The notes under the pieces were generated by a model. The model was given only the letters and a program-made list of their open reading frames with translations, was not told where the DNA came from and did no database searches. Below, one piece after another: positions 20,953 through 30,107 of a DNA stretch of 64,000 nucleotides. Source of the stretch: Gammaproteobacteria bacterium (GTDB taxonomy: Bacteria > Pseudomonadota > Gammaproteobacteria > CAJXQU01); contig CBDEGZ010000003.1 in NCBI GenBank assembly GCA_965238175.1, positions 2,176,001 through 2,240,000 of the forward strand, written 5' to 3'. Within the stretch, counting starts at the first letter, position 1, and each line of letters starts with the position of its first letter. Both the position numbers and the translations under genes were made by a program.

Positions 20953-23900
20953 TGATTAGTTTTTTTTAGAGTTTTTATAAATTCATTAAAGTTGTACGAA
21001 GAAAGCTGTGCATCGAATTCATTGAATAGAATATCACTGATTTCTCCTTTTTTATTCAGTAAATTTATCTCAAGGTTTAGCGCGTTAAGATGTCCAATTT
21101 CTGCCAATGAGTAGAGTTTCTTAACTATTTCGGGTTCAATATTCCGATCAGTTACTACCGGAGATAAATCAAGAATGGTATGAGGGTTTTGAGGTGCATA
21201 AATCCAGTCGAGTTGTAAAAACACACCTATTTTTTCAAGCAATAAATGAAGTTGTACAGGTTTAGCCATGTTCACAATATCAAGCTGTTTCGAAAGTTGA
21301 ACATGCTGAGGTTCCTTATGACTGGCTGAAAGCATAAAAATGGGTTGTTGGTAACCTGAGTCACGTAATTTTTGTGCCAGTTGCCAACCGTCAATATCTG
21401 GCATAGATATATCTAACAAGAATAAATCAATCGATATTTCTTCCAGTAAGCACATACATGTGTCGGCATGATCGGCTTCAAAAAAATTAAAGTTCCGAAT
21501 ACTAAGAAAGTCAAATAACAGACGGCGGTGAGAATGATCATCGTCAACAACAAGAATATTCTTCCGAGAACCCTGATATCCTTTGATGTTTTTATCAATG
21601 TCTATATAAGGTCGATATGGTTTTGCTAGTTTTGATAACATTAAGCTTAAAGTAAAAGTACTTCCATTATTCAGGGAGCTAAGTAACGAAATTTCACCGC
21701 CCATTGCATTGGCAAGTAGACGTGTAATTGAAAGTCCTATCCCTGTACCGGATATTTCTTGTGTGGTTCGATTCCGGACTCTCTCAAAAGGTTCAAAAAT
21801 AAGTTCTTGATCCTTCTGGTCTATACCAATTCCGGTATCTTTGACAATGAATTGTGCAACTTGATTGTAATAGATCACCTTAAAGGTTATGGCGCCCTCG
21901 CATGTAAATTTGATGGCATTTGATAGCAAGTTATATAAAATTTGGCGTAGTCGTTTGATATCAACAAATACATATTCAGGAATATCCTTCGATATTTCAT
22001 ATATAAAATTTAAACCATTTTTTTGTGCTTGCAGGCTAAATATCGTGACAATTTGATCGATTAAGGATGTAAGACGTACTACACTTTTTTGCAGCTCAAG
22101 CCTTCCAGCTTCAATTATGGAAATTTCTAGTAACCCCTCTATAAGAGCAGTTAGATGATCACTGTTTTTCCTGATCAGTTGAATAGATTGTTTGTGCTTA
22201 TCAGAAATATCAGGAGCACCCTCCAGTATCTGTGCGTAACCAAGAACAACATTCAATGGCGTTCTCAATTCATGGCTAATGCCAGTTAAGTATCTGCTTT
22301 TTGCGAGATTGGCAGCATCAGCGGACTCCTTGGCCTGTTGCAACTTTTTATCAGTTTTATCGTGGGCTTTGACTTCATTTGCCAATAATTGTGTTTGTTG
22401 CTGAGATTCTTTTAATGCGCTATTACGACTTTGCCGACTTAGAACATAAAGCCAGGTCAATACGCCAAGTACGATGAGTAATATCAAAAAAGCTTTGATT
22501 AAAATACTCGACATAAACTGTTGCTCGTCGGCACTATTGAAAGGTATCTGGAAATAAATTAATGCCAATAAACTAGCCACAACAGTACTGACACAAATAA
22601 AAACAACAAAAAAATGTGTCAGCGTTGGATTGATTTTGTTAAGTAACTTTTCTGGAAATAATACACGCATTCCTTGTGCTAATTGGGCAGAAAAACTTGC
22701 ATCTGGACGACACTTGTCTCCACAACGCGAATCGAGAGAACAGCATAGTGAACAGATAAACCCTCCATAAGCAGGACAGGAAGTCATATCTTCATGATCG
22801 AAAGAATGTTCACAGATGGAGCAGGTGAAAGTATCATTGTCGGGTAAATCTAGAGCATCCCTACTGACCAAGTAATATTTACTTTCAGTTATCCATGCAA
22901 TAAATGGTACTGTAATAAAAGGTACAAATAATGCGATAAAAGGTGATAAAGCCTTGGATAGATCACCAAAAACACCAAGATGAGCAAATATGGCGAGTGT
23001 TGAGCCTATAGCCATTGAACCAACACCCACGGGGTTTATGTCGTAAAGGTGTGAACGTTTAAATTCGATGTGCTTGGGACTCAAACCTAAAGGTCTATTT
23101 ATAACCAGATCCGCCACAATGGATCCTATCCATGCCAGAGCTAAGACTGAGTATATTTGCAGGATCTCCTTTAGAAGCTCAAAAACCCCCAATCCAACAA
23201 GGAGCAAGGCTATAGCTACATTGAAAACTACCCAGACAACTCGTCCTGGATGTTGGTAAGTTATTCGAGAGAAAAAGTTTGACCAAGCTAAGGATCCGGC
23301 ATATGCATTTGCGACATTGATCTTCAGTTGACAAACCATCACAAATACACAGGCAAGAATGAGAGCAATTTCAGGTGAGTTTGTTACATATTTAAATGCG
23401 ATTTGATACATGTGTGTAGGATCAACCGCATAAACTGCTGCTACACCATGCTTGATTGCCAGAAAAGTCAAAAACGAACCTGCCAGTATTTTTAACATTC
23501 CAAATATTACCCAACCCGGACCTGCTGTGATCAATGCTATCCACCAGCTAATTTGATTGCCTTTTTTCTTCTCAGGTAGAAAGCGTAAAAAATCTACTTG
23601 TTCACCAATCTGTGCGACCATTGAGAATATGACAGCACAGGCTCCACCAAATAAAAAAATATCAAATTGATTGTTATTTTGACCTTCCTGCACATTCAGT
23701 CCCTGGAATTCTTTCCATTCGTTAATCGAAACAAGATCGTTTTGAAAGATATAAATAAATGGCAGGATCTGCAAAACGATCCATAGCGGCTGAGTCCAGA
23801 CCTGAAAACGACTGATCATAGAAATACCATGCGTAACCAGAGGAATGATGACGATAGAGCTGATTAGGTAACATAGCGCTAATGGAATTTTAGACAGAAT

Positions 23901-24344
23901 ATTAAGTGCCACCGACATAATGGTGGCTTCAAGTGCAAAAAATATGAAGGTGAATGAAGCATAAACCAGAGAGGTAATAGTCGAGCCTATATAACCAAAA
24001 CCAGCTCCGCGTGAGAGAAGATCAATATCGACGCCGTACTTGGCCGCATAATATGTGATAGGCAAGCCTGTAAGGAAAAAAAGAGTACAAAATACAAGGA
24101 TCGCATAGAGCGAATTTGTAAAGCCATAACTGAGTGTGATACTACCGCCAATAGCTTCAAGTACCAGAAAGGAAACAGTTCCTAGAGCAGTATTAGCAAT
24201 ACGTGCAACAGACCAGCGTCGTGCATGTTTGGCGGTAAAACGCAGGGCAAAGTCCTCTAACGTCTCATTCGCGACCCATTTGTTATAGGTTCTTCGAGTT
24301 AACGGAACTTTCTTGACCACTTCCTTAGCTGATGATTGATCCAT
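20949..24344 (-). CDS. Hybrid histidine kinase with N-terminal NCS1/purine-cytosine-permease-like membrane domain, Cys-rich linker, HisKA/HATPase and receiver
   Basis: Multi-TM N-terminus (NETLEDFALRF, DIDLLSRGAGFGY, KINVANAYAGSLAWSNFF), H-box ISHELRTPL, N-box NLLSNAIKFT, G-boxes, receiver LLDISMP. Confidence 0.9.
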   Translation of the reverse strand: MDQSSAKEVVKKVPLTRRTYNKWVANETLEDFALRFTAKHARRWSVARIANTALGTVSFLVLEAIGGSITLSYGFTNSLYAILVFCTLFFLTGLPITYYAAKYGVDIDLLSRGAGFGYIGSTITSLVYASFTFIFFALEATIMSVALNILSKIPLALCYLISSIVIIPLVTHGISMISRFQVWTQPLWIVLQILPFIYIFQNDLVSINEWKEFQGLNVQEGQNNNQFDIFLFGGACAVIFSMVAQIGEQVDFLRFLPEKKKGNQISWWIALITAGPGWVIFGMLKILAGSFLTFLAIKHGVAAVYAVDPTHMYQIAFKYVTNSPEIALILACVFVMVCQLKINVANAYAGSLAWSNFFSRITYQHPGRVVWVVFNVAIALLLVGLGVFELLKEILQIYSVLALAWIGSIVADLVINRPLGLSPKHIEFKRSHLYDINPVGVGSMAIGSTLAIFAHLGVFGDLSKALSPFIALFVPFITVPFIAWITESKYYLVSRDALDLPDNDTFTCSICEHSFDHEDMTSCPAYGGFICSLCCSLDSRCGDKCRPDASFSAQLAQGMRVLFPEKLLNKINPTLTHFFVVFICVSTVVASLLALIYFQIPFNSADEQQFMSSILIKAFLILLIVLGVLTWLYVLSRQSRNSALKESQQQTQLLANEVKAHDKTDKKLQQAKESADAANLAKSRYLTGISHELRTPLNVVLGYAQILEGAPDISDKHKQSIQLIRKNSDHLTALIEGLLEISIIEAGRLELQKSVVRLTSLIDQIVTIFSLQAQKNGLNFIYEISKDIPEYVFVDIKRLRQILYNLLSNAIKFTCEGAITFKVIYYNQVAQFIVKDTGIGIDQKDQELIFEPFERVRNRTTQEISGTGIGLSITRLLANAMGGEISLLSSLNNGSTFTLSLMLSKLAKPYRPYIDIDKNIKGYQGSRKNILVVDDDHSHRRLLFDFLSIRNFNFFEADHADTCMCLLEEISIDLFLLDISMPDIDGWQLAQKLRDSGYQQPIFMLSASHKEPQHVQLSKQLDIVNMAKPVQLHLLLEKIGVFLQLDWIYAPQNPHTILDLSPVVTDRNIEPEIVKKLYSLAEIGHLNALNLEINLLNKKGEISDILFNEFDAQLSSYNFNEFIKTLKKTNQ

Positions 24345-24413
24345 ATGACAACATTGCAACCTTAAAATAGCCTTAGGCTAGTTAATTTTAGCTCGAATAT
24401 TCAATATATCAAT

Positions 24414-24431
24414 ATGCGTTGAATGACGTAT
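24414..24431 (+). promoter_or_regulatory. Candidate operator upstream of the porin (ATGCGTTGAATGACGTAT)
   Basis: Near-copy of the site at 13169-13186. Confidence 0.55.
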
Positions 24432-24667
24432 GCATCTAGTTAATTTTGCCCATTCTAACTTTCTTTTGTGCAGTTCAGTATCTGGTACTTAGGATTTATT
24501 GAAAGCGATGATTAACATGGAGATAACTATAGTTCTTACCACATATAGTTATCAAATTTTAGAGCTAGGGAAAGCATTGGCGGTTGATATTTCCATACAG
24601 ATTTATCCGATCAACCAAGAACTATATTAACGCCAATCAAGGGCAAACTTAAGGAGAACATAATATT

Positions 24668-25828
24668 ATGAAAATCAATAAATCATTATTAGCTACAGGG
24701 GTTGTTAGCAGTTGTCTAATGTTCTCGTCGGGGACATTTGCTGGAGCCAAGATAGTTGTCGACGATACTAAGTGGATCAGTATAGGTGCAGGTTTGAGAA
24801 CTTCGTTTTCAGCAGTTGAAGACTCAGCTGGATCGAGAGGAGATGATTATTCGTCTGATTTTGCTGTGGAAAGCATGCGATTATATATCAGTGGCCAGAT
24901 TCATAAGTACTTAAAAATGACATTCAACACTGAGTGTCAAACCACTACGCCGGGTGATTGCACGGAGGATCCAGATATTGAAATACTAGATGCCATTGCC
25001 CAATTTGAATTTAGCCCTGGATTTAATGTTTGGGCGGGTCGCATGTTAACACCTGCTGATCGTATTGAAATGAATGGCCCTTACTATGCTCTATCCTGGA
25101 ATCAATACACAGTACCTCTATTGCCATCAGACCAGTTTGGCGAAGCAGGTGCTTATGGTCGAGATGAGGGTGTTACTGTTTGGGGTACATTGGGAAAGTT
25201 TCAATATGCTGTAGGTGTTTTTGACGGTCTCGAAGATGGTGCAAATGTAGATGATAACTTTCTCTATGCTGGTCGTTTTGCATACAACTTCCTTAATATG
25301 GAAGGTAATCCAGCTTATTACACGAGTAGTACCTATTATGGTGGTGCGGGAGATGTCTTTACCGTAGGTCTGTCTTTACAGCATCAGTCTGATGGTACAG
25401 GAACAGCTGCCGAGCCTGGTGATTTCACAGCCTACATTGTTGATGCTCTGTTTGAAAAGCCATTGGCAAATGAAGGAGTAATAACCATTGAAGGGGAATA
25501 TAAAGTATTCGATGCAGATAATAGTGCAATAGCGATAGCCGATCCCGCATGTTTTTGTTTGTTTGATGGTGACTCCTATTTTGTGACAGCGGGCTATTTA
25601 TTTCCACAAAAAATCGGATTTGGGAAGGTACAACCTTACATTCGATGGAATGAAAATATGCCGGAAGCAGGTGATGACAGTGATCTGCTTGAAGTTGGCT
25701 TGAATTATATCATCTCAGGACATAACGCAAGGCTTAATATTCACTGGAGAACGGGGGATGCTAATGCATCTGGTGCAGCTGGTACCGATGTTGATACGTT
25801 CTTATTAGGTGCCCAATTTCAGTTGTAA
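24668..25828 (+). CDS. Outer-membrane porin, probably short-chain amide/urea porin (FmdC-like)
   Basis: Signal peptide, amphipathic beta-strands, C-terminal AQFQL, YGRDEG and GRFAYNFL; located in the amide cluster. Confidence 0.75.
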   Translation: MKINKSLLATGVVSSCLMFSSGTFAGAKIVVDDTKWISIGAGLRTSFSAVEDSAGSRGDDYSSDFAVESMRLYISGQIHKYLKMTFNTECQTTTPGDCTEDPDIEILDAIAQFEFSPGFNVWAGRMLTPADRIEMNGPYYALSWNQYTVPLLPSDQFGEAGAYGRDEGVTVWGTLGKFQYAVGVFDGLEDGANVDDNFLYAGRFAYNFLNMEGNPAYYTSSTYYGGAGDVFTVGLSLQHQSDGTGTAAEPGDFTAYIVDALFEKPLANEGVITIEGEYKVFDADNSAIAIADPACFCLFDGDSYFVTAGYLFPQKIGFGKVQPYIRWNENMPEAGDDSDLLEVGLNYIISGHNARLNIHWRTGDANASGAAGTDVDTFLLGAQFQL

Positions 25829-25850
25829 TCATTGTAGACAACCCAAATAA

Positions 25851-25890
25851 AGATAACCCTTGAGGATTTTCTCTTCTTCGAGGGTTATCT
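25851..25890 (+). terminator. Hairpin after the porin
   Basis: AGATAACCCTTGAGG...CTTCGAGGGTTATCT. Confidence 0.55.
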
Positions 25891-25912
25891 CTTCAACGAG
25901 AAGGAAAAAAAT

Positions 25913-26095
25913 ATGAAAGTAGTTACATCAAGACATCACGATGTATTGCTTTTGGAATCCCAATCATGTCAGCTAGTTTCCCCTCTTATGTGGAAGACAC
26001 AATCAAGATTGGTGTTTTACATTCACTACCTTGGATCCTGGCTATTAGTGAAACAACTCTTTAAAGACACTACTTAATATTAATCGAAGAGCAGT
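25913..26095 (+). pseudogene. 5' remnant of a second urtA-type gene
   Basis: RBS and ATG at 25913. Frameshifted translation EDTIKIGVLHSLPWILAISETTL-KDT-LILIEEQ matches the canonical UrtA N-terminus. Confidence 0.8.
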
Positions 26096-26156
26096 ATGCT
26101 AAAAACTGTTGGGAGAGCTACCCTACGAAGTATCTTGGGCATAATAGTGTGATGGA
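26095..26156 (+). mobile_element. Tiny IS3 fragment with a degenerate hairpin insertion at 26115-26141
   Basis: AACTGTTGG-GA-[GAGCTACCCTACGAAGTATCTTGGGCA]-T-AATAGTGTGATGG, translating as NCW[..]NSVM. Confidence 0.75.
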
Positions 26157-26268
26157 TCGTGATGCAAAGAAAATACGTGATGATAAACCTTTATGTATTT
26201 GCTAATTTGAAAACCGAAAAGGGTTTGGAACAGGTTGTCGATTTTATTATGTAAGGAGAGGTTGTTAA
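26149..26268 (+). pseudogene. ureG: 3' remnant of urease accessory GTPase gene
   Basis: VMDRDAKKIRDDKP / YVFANLKTEKGLEQVVDFI matches the UreG C-terminus; one frameshift and a stop. Confidence 0.78.
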
Positions 26269-26271
26269 ATC

Positions 26272-27135
26272 ATGATTAAGAAAAATTTAAGATTATTAAA
26301 GCCGATCAGACATATCGATGAGATAGTGACACTTTTTTGCCTATGTTGCCTGCTTCCATCTTCGCTATTATATGCTAATGATGAAATAGAAAAAGCAGAC
26401 GTTTCATTATCCACCCTGATTCATTTTAGTGATCCTTCCATGTGGACTGATCTGGATAATAAAACACAGGAAGATCTTTCAATAAACCTTGAACAGGAAT
26501 GGATGAAACGTGGCTTACCTGAAAACAAACAATCCATTTGCATCAACATTGAATGTACACCTGCGGCTATGAGTGATTATTTGCTTGAAATCACTGTTGC
26601 TGGCGTAACCAAGGGAAAATTAACACAGGGAATATCCATCAGTATTGAACAATCTGACCCACGCAAAGCACATATCCACGAACAGATTGTATTACCAATC
26701 ACATGCACACTAAGATATGTAGAGAATGCGAAAATGATCAATTTGAATCAATGGAATGCTCCTTTACCTGCGAGAGTAAAATCCGGAGAGCAAACTGATG
26801 GCCACCATCTCGCAAGATTGCTGGTAGATGCCTGCCAAGGTACAGTCTTCAATAGTGGTATTCAATATGCGGGCATGTCGCCAAAAAATCAAACTGATTA
26901 TTCAACTCCATTTCCCGAAGTTACAGTAGAAAAACGGATAATAAAATCAAATTCAGATACTGCCTCTCCTCATTCCGCATTGCTTAATAAGGTTAATGAT
27001 GATGTAACGGAAGCGGATGATAAGAAAAAGAATCAGCTCAAAATCACTAGAGATAATTCAGAAAACGAACATACACAATATGTCATCAAAAATCCTGCAA
27101 GCGAAGTGATTATAGAATTTGGGCGACAGAGATAA
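26272..27135 (+). CDS. Hypothetical exported protein
   Basis: 287-aa ORF with a possible signal segment; family not recognised. Confidence 0.6.
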   Translation: MIKKNLRLLKPIRHIDEIVTLFCLCCLLPSSLLYANDEIEKADVSLSTLIHFSDPSMWTDLDNKTQEDLSINLEQEWMKRGLPENKQSICINIECTPAAMSDYLLEITVAGVTKGKLTQGISISIEQSDPRKAHIHEQIVLPITCTLRYVENAKMINLNQWNAPLPARVKSGEQTDGHHLARLLVDACQGTVFNSGIQYAGMSPKNQTDYSTPFPEVTVEKRIIKSNSDTASPHSALLNKVNDDVTEADDKKKNQLKITRDNSENEHTQYVIKNPASEVIIEFGRQR

Positions 27136-27166
27136 AGTGTATTAGTTAACCTCTCATGGGATCGCC

Positions 27167-28063
27167 TCACTCACCCATACAAATCTGAAGAAATGCCTGA
27201 ACGGCTCTAGAACGTAAGTCCTTTTTCGGTGCAATCAGGTTTAAGTGCCACATCAAACCATAAGGTGGATTGATTTTGAGTGGCACTAGTTCTGACGTTG
27301 CGTGACGTAGCGCTTGTAATGAAGCAAAACTAATTCCAAGTCCAGCTCTTACAGAACCTAAAACGCCAGCAGCACCTTGTACTTCTATGTTTATAGGAGC
27401 CTCTATTCCGTGATTGACCAATGTCGATTCAATAAGTTGCCTCGCACCTGATTCAGGTTCCCGCCATATAACCTGGTACTCATTAAAAACGCTTAAAGGC
27501 ACTCCGTCGGGGTGTTTTTTGATCAATTCGTGATCATCACGAACAACCAAAACAATTTCATCTTCTCGCCAGGGAAATAGATCATAATCTGCGGGCAAGC
27601 AATCTTTTCCTACCACTCCCTCAATAAAAACAAGATCTAATTCATCAAACTTTTCTAATAATTCCTGGGTACTACCCGTGTTCATAAATATCTGCAGCCC
27701 AGGAAATTGGGTCTGTGCTAACACTAGGTATTTCGGTAGAAAATAGCTGGCGATGGTTGTTGTACTACCGATTCGTAACTCACCAGTATCCATATCCTGG
27801 AGACAACGAACATATTCATTAGATAAGTGTAATGAATATTCTAGTTTTTCCGCATATTCAAGCAGAGTTTTACCCACAGATGTCAATTCAATATGATGTC
27901 CTTTACGGTGGTAAAGAGGCTCCCCTACGCGTTCTTGCAATAACTTGAGCTGACCCGATACCGCAGGTTGACCGAGATGGAGGTGCTCTGCAGCTCGAGT
28001 AACACTTTTCATTCGTGCGACTACTGCAAAAGTAAGAAGTTGGTTAGGGTTAATGTTTTTCAA
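27167..28063 (-). CDS. LysR-family transcriptional regulator, divergent from formate dehydrogenase
   Basis: HTH SVTRAAEHLHLGQPAVSGQLKLLQ; GELRIGSTTTIA; WREPESGAR. Confidence 0.93.
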   Translation of the reverse strand: MKNINPNQLLTFAVVARMKSVTRAAEHLHLGQPAVSGQLKLLQERVGEPLYHRKGHHIELTSVGKTLLEYAEKLEYSLHLSNEYVRCLQDMDTGELRIGSTTTIASYFLPKYLVLAQTQFPGLQIFMNTGSTQELLEKFDELDLVFIEGVVGKDCLPADYDLFPWREDEIVLVVRDDHELIKKHPDGVPLSVFNEYQVIWREPESGARQLIESTLVNHGIEAPINIEVQGAAGVLGSVRAGLGISFASLQALRHATSELVPLKINPPYGLMWHLNLIAPKKDLRSRAVQAFLQICMGE

Positions 28064-28244
28064 TCTGCTTCCCTGTGAAATTAAAAACCAGGATCATGAT
28101 TATTATTAACTCCAGGTAATCACTACGGAGTATCCCTTTGTAAGTATTCCTTTATAAGTACCTGATAACCCAATGATAAATAAATCCAAAATCACCTTTA
28201 CTTAATGATATTAGCAAGGCAGAATTCAAGCATGATCTTTTCAA

Positions 28245-28261
28245 TATCATTTTTTATGATA
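28245..28261. promoter_or_regulatory. LysR-type binding box TATCAT-N5-ATGATA
   Basis: Palindrome containing T-N11-A in the lysR/fdh divergent region. Confidence 0.55.
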
Positions 28262-28402
28262 GATCTGTTCAAAAAGATGATTTGTATTGTATATCACCGA
28301 TACCTAACATTAAAACTCTACATTCAGGACTAATGAGCATGGTTCATGTTTTTTGGTAATGTAAATAGGCAATAAATATTTAATTAGGGGAGACCATTTC
28401 TT

Positions 28403-30103
28403 GTGGCGGCAAATGAATCAACCGTTGATATAAGCCAGATTAAAAAGAGACGCATGGGTGGCAAGGGCCGTATCATCGATCTCATAACGCTGGAAGAAAT
28501 TCGTCAGTTGCTGGGAGATCAACCTCGGCAAAAAGATCTGTTAATCGAACATCTCCATAAAATTCAAGATAAGTACCAATTTATTTCGTCAAAACATTTG
28601 GTCGCACTTGCCCATGAAATGAGCATTTCCACCACTGAAGTCTACGAAGTTGCCACCTTTTACCACCATTTTGATGTCATCAAGGATAACGAAACACCTC
28701 CGCCACCTTTAACCGTTAGAGTTTGCGAATCAGTCTCGTGTGAACTTGCAGGCTCCGGTGATATGGTAGAAGCACTGAAGGCTAGCATGGGTGAAGGTGT
28801 TCGCATTCAGCCCGTCCCGTGTGTTGGCCGATGTGACAGAGCCCCCGTAGCGGTTATCGGACAAAATGCTATCGATCACGCAACAACAGAAATGGTAACT
28901 AAAAAGGTCAGTGAAAACGCGATCGAGTCTGCCGTCACTGAATATATCGATTATAAAGAATATCAAAATCAAGGCGGCTATAAGCTTGTCTCAGAATGCT
29001 ATGCTGGTACTCGCAGCATAGATGATGTTAAAAAAACGATGGAAGATTCAGGCCTGCGCGGTTTAGGTGGAGCAGGTTTCCCTGCCGGTCTGAAATGGAA
29101 AATCGTCAGCGGTTTTGAAGGACCTCGCCTGATGGCCGTCAACATTGACGAAGGTGAACCTGGCACATTTAAAGATCGTTATTATCTGGAAATTGATCCT
29201 CATCGTTTTTTCGAAGGCATGCTAGTCGCTGCTTGGGCTGTGGGTATTGATGAGATCTACGTTTACCTACGTGATGAATATGCGGGTGTAAGACACATAT
29301 TGACTGAGGAATTAAATAATCTCCAGACTAATCCACCGACAGAGCACCCATTACCGAAAATCCACTTACGTCGGGGTGCTGGAGCGTATATTTGCGGTGA
29401 AGAATCAGCAATGATCGAGTCAATCGAAGGCAAACGTGGTATGCCGAGACTCCGTCCCCCTTTCGTCGCTGAAGTTGGCTTGTTTGGAAAACCGACACTT
29501 GAACACAATATGGAAACACTCTATTGGGTTCGCGAAATCATTGAAAAAGGTCCTGATTGGTTTACTTCCCACGGACGTAACGGACGCAAAGGCTTACGCT
29601 CATTTTCAGTCAGTGGTCGAGTCAAAAAACCGGGTGTGCATCTGGCACCTGCTGGGATCACAATCAAAGAATTGATCGAAGAATATTGCGAAGGAATGCT
29701 TGATGGCCATGACTTTTATGGTTACTTTCCTGGTGGTGCATCTGGCGGTATTCTCCCTGCAACAATGGGTGATATCCCATTAGATTTTGATACTTTAAAC
29801 GAATATGGCTGTTTTATCGGTTCTGCTGCTGTGATGATATTTTCTGATCAAGACAGTGCAAAAAATTTAGCCCTGAATGCGATGAAGTTTTTCGAAGATG
29901 AATCTTGCGGTCAATGTACACCTTGCCGAGTTGGGACAGCAAAAGCTGTTGATCTTATGAAAGAAGAAGACTGGGATACCGATCTTCTTGAAGAACTGGC
30001 GAATGTGATGGTCGATGCTTCAATTTGCGGCCTTGGTCAAGCAGCACCAAATCCACTGCGTTGTGCAGTGAAATATTTCCCTGAAGAATTTAAAAGAGGT
30101 TGA
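28403..30103 (+). CDS. NAD-dependent formate dehydrogenase flavoprotein subunit (NuoE-NuoF fusion, Fdh1B-like)
   Basis: EVATFY and 2Fe-2S cysteines (RVCESVSC, CVGRC); GLRGLGGAGFP, DEGEPGTFKDR, GAYICGEE, ESCGQCTPCR. Confidence 0.92.
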   Translation: MAANESTVDISQIKKRRMGGKGRIIDLITLEEIRQLLGDQPRQKDLLIEHLHKIQDKYQFISSKHLVALAHEMSISTTEVYEVATFYHHFDVIKDNETPPPPLTVRVCESVSCELAGSGDMVEALKASMGEGVRIQPVPCVGRCDRAPVAVIGQNAIDHATTEMVTKKVSENAIESAVTEYIDYKEYQNQGGYKLVSECYAGTRSIDDVKKTMEDSGLRGLGGAGFPAGLKWKIVSGFEGPRLMAVNIDEGEPGTFKDRYYLEIDPHRFFEGMLVAAWAVGIDEIYVYLRDEYAGVRHILTEELNNLQTNPPTEHPLPKIHLRRGAGAYICGEESAMIESIEGKRGMPRLRPPFVAEVGLFGKPTLEHNMETLYWVREIIEKGPDWFTSHGRNGRKGLRSFSVSGRVKKPGVHLAPAGITIKELIEEYCEGMLDGHDFYGYFPGGASGGILPATMGDIPLDFDTLNEYGCFIGSAAVMIFSDQDSAKNLALNAMKFFEDESCGQCTPCRVGTAKAVDLMKEEDWDTDLLEELANVMVDASICGLGQAAPNPLRCAVKYFPEEFKRG

Positions 30104-30107
30104 AATC

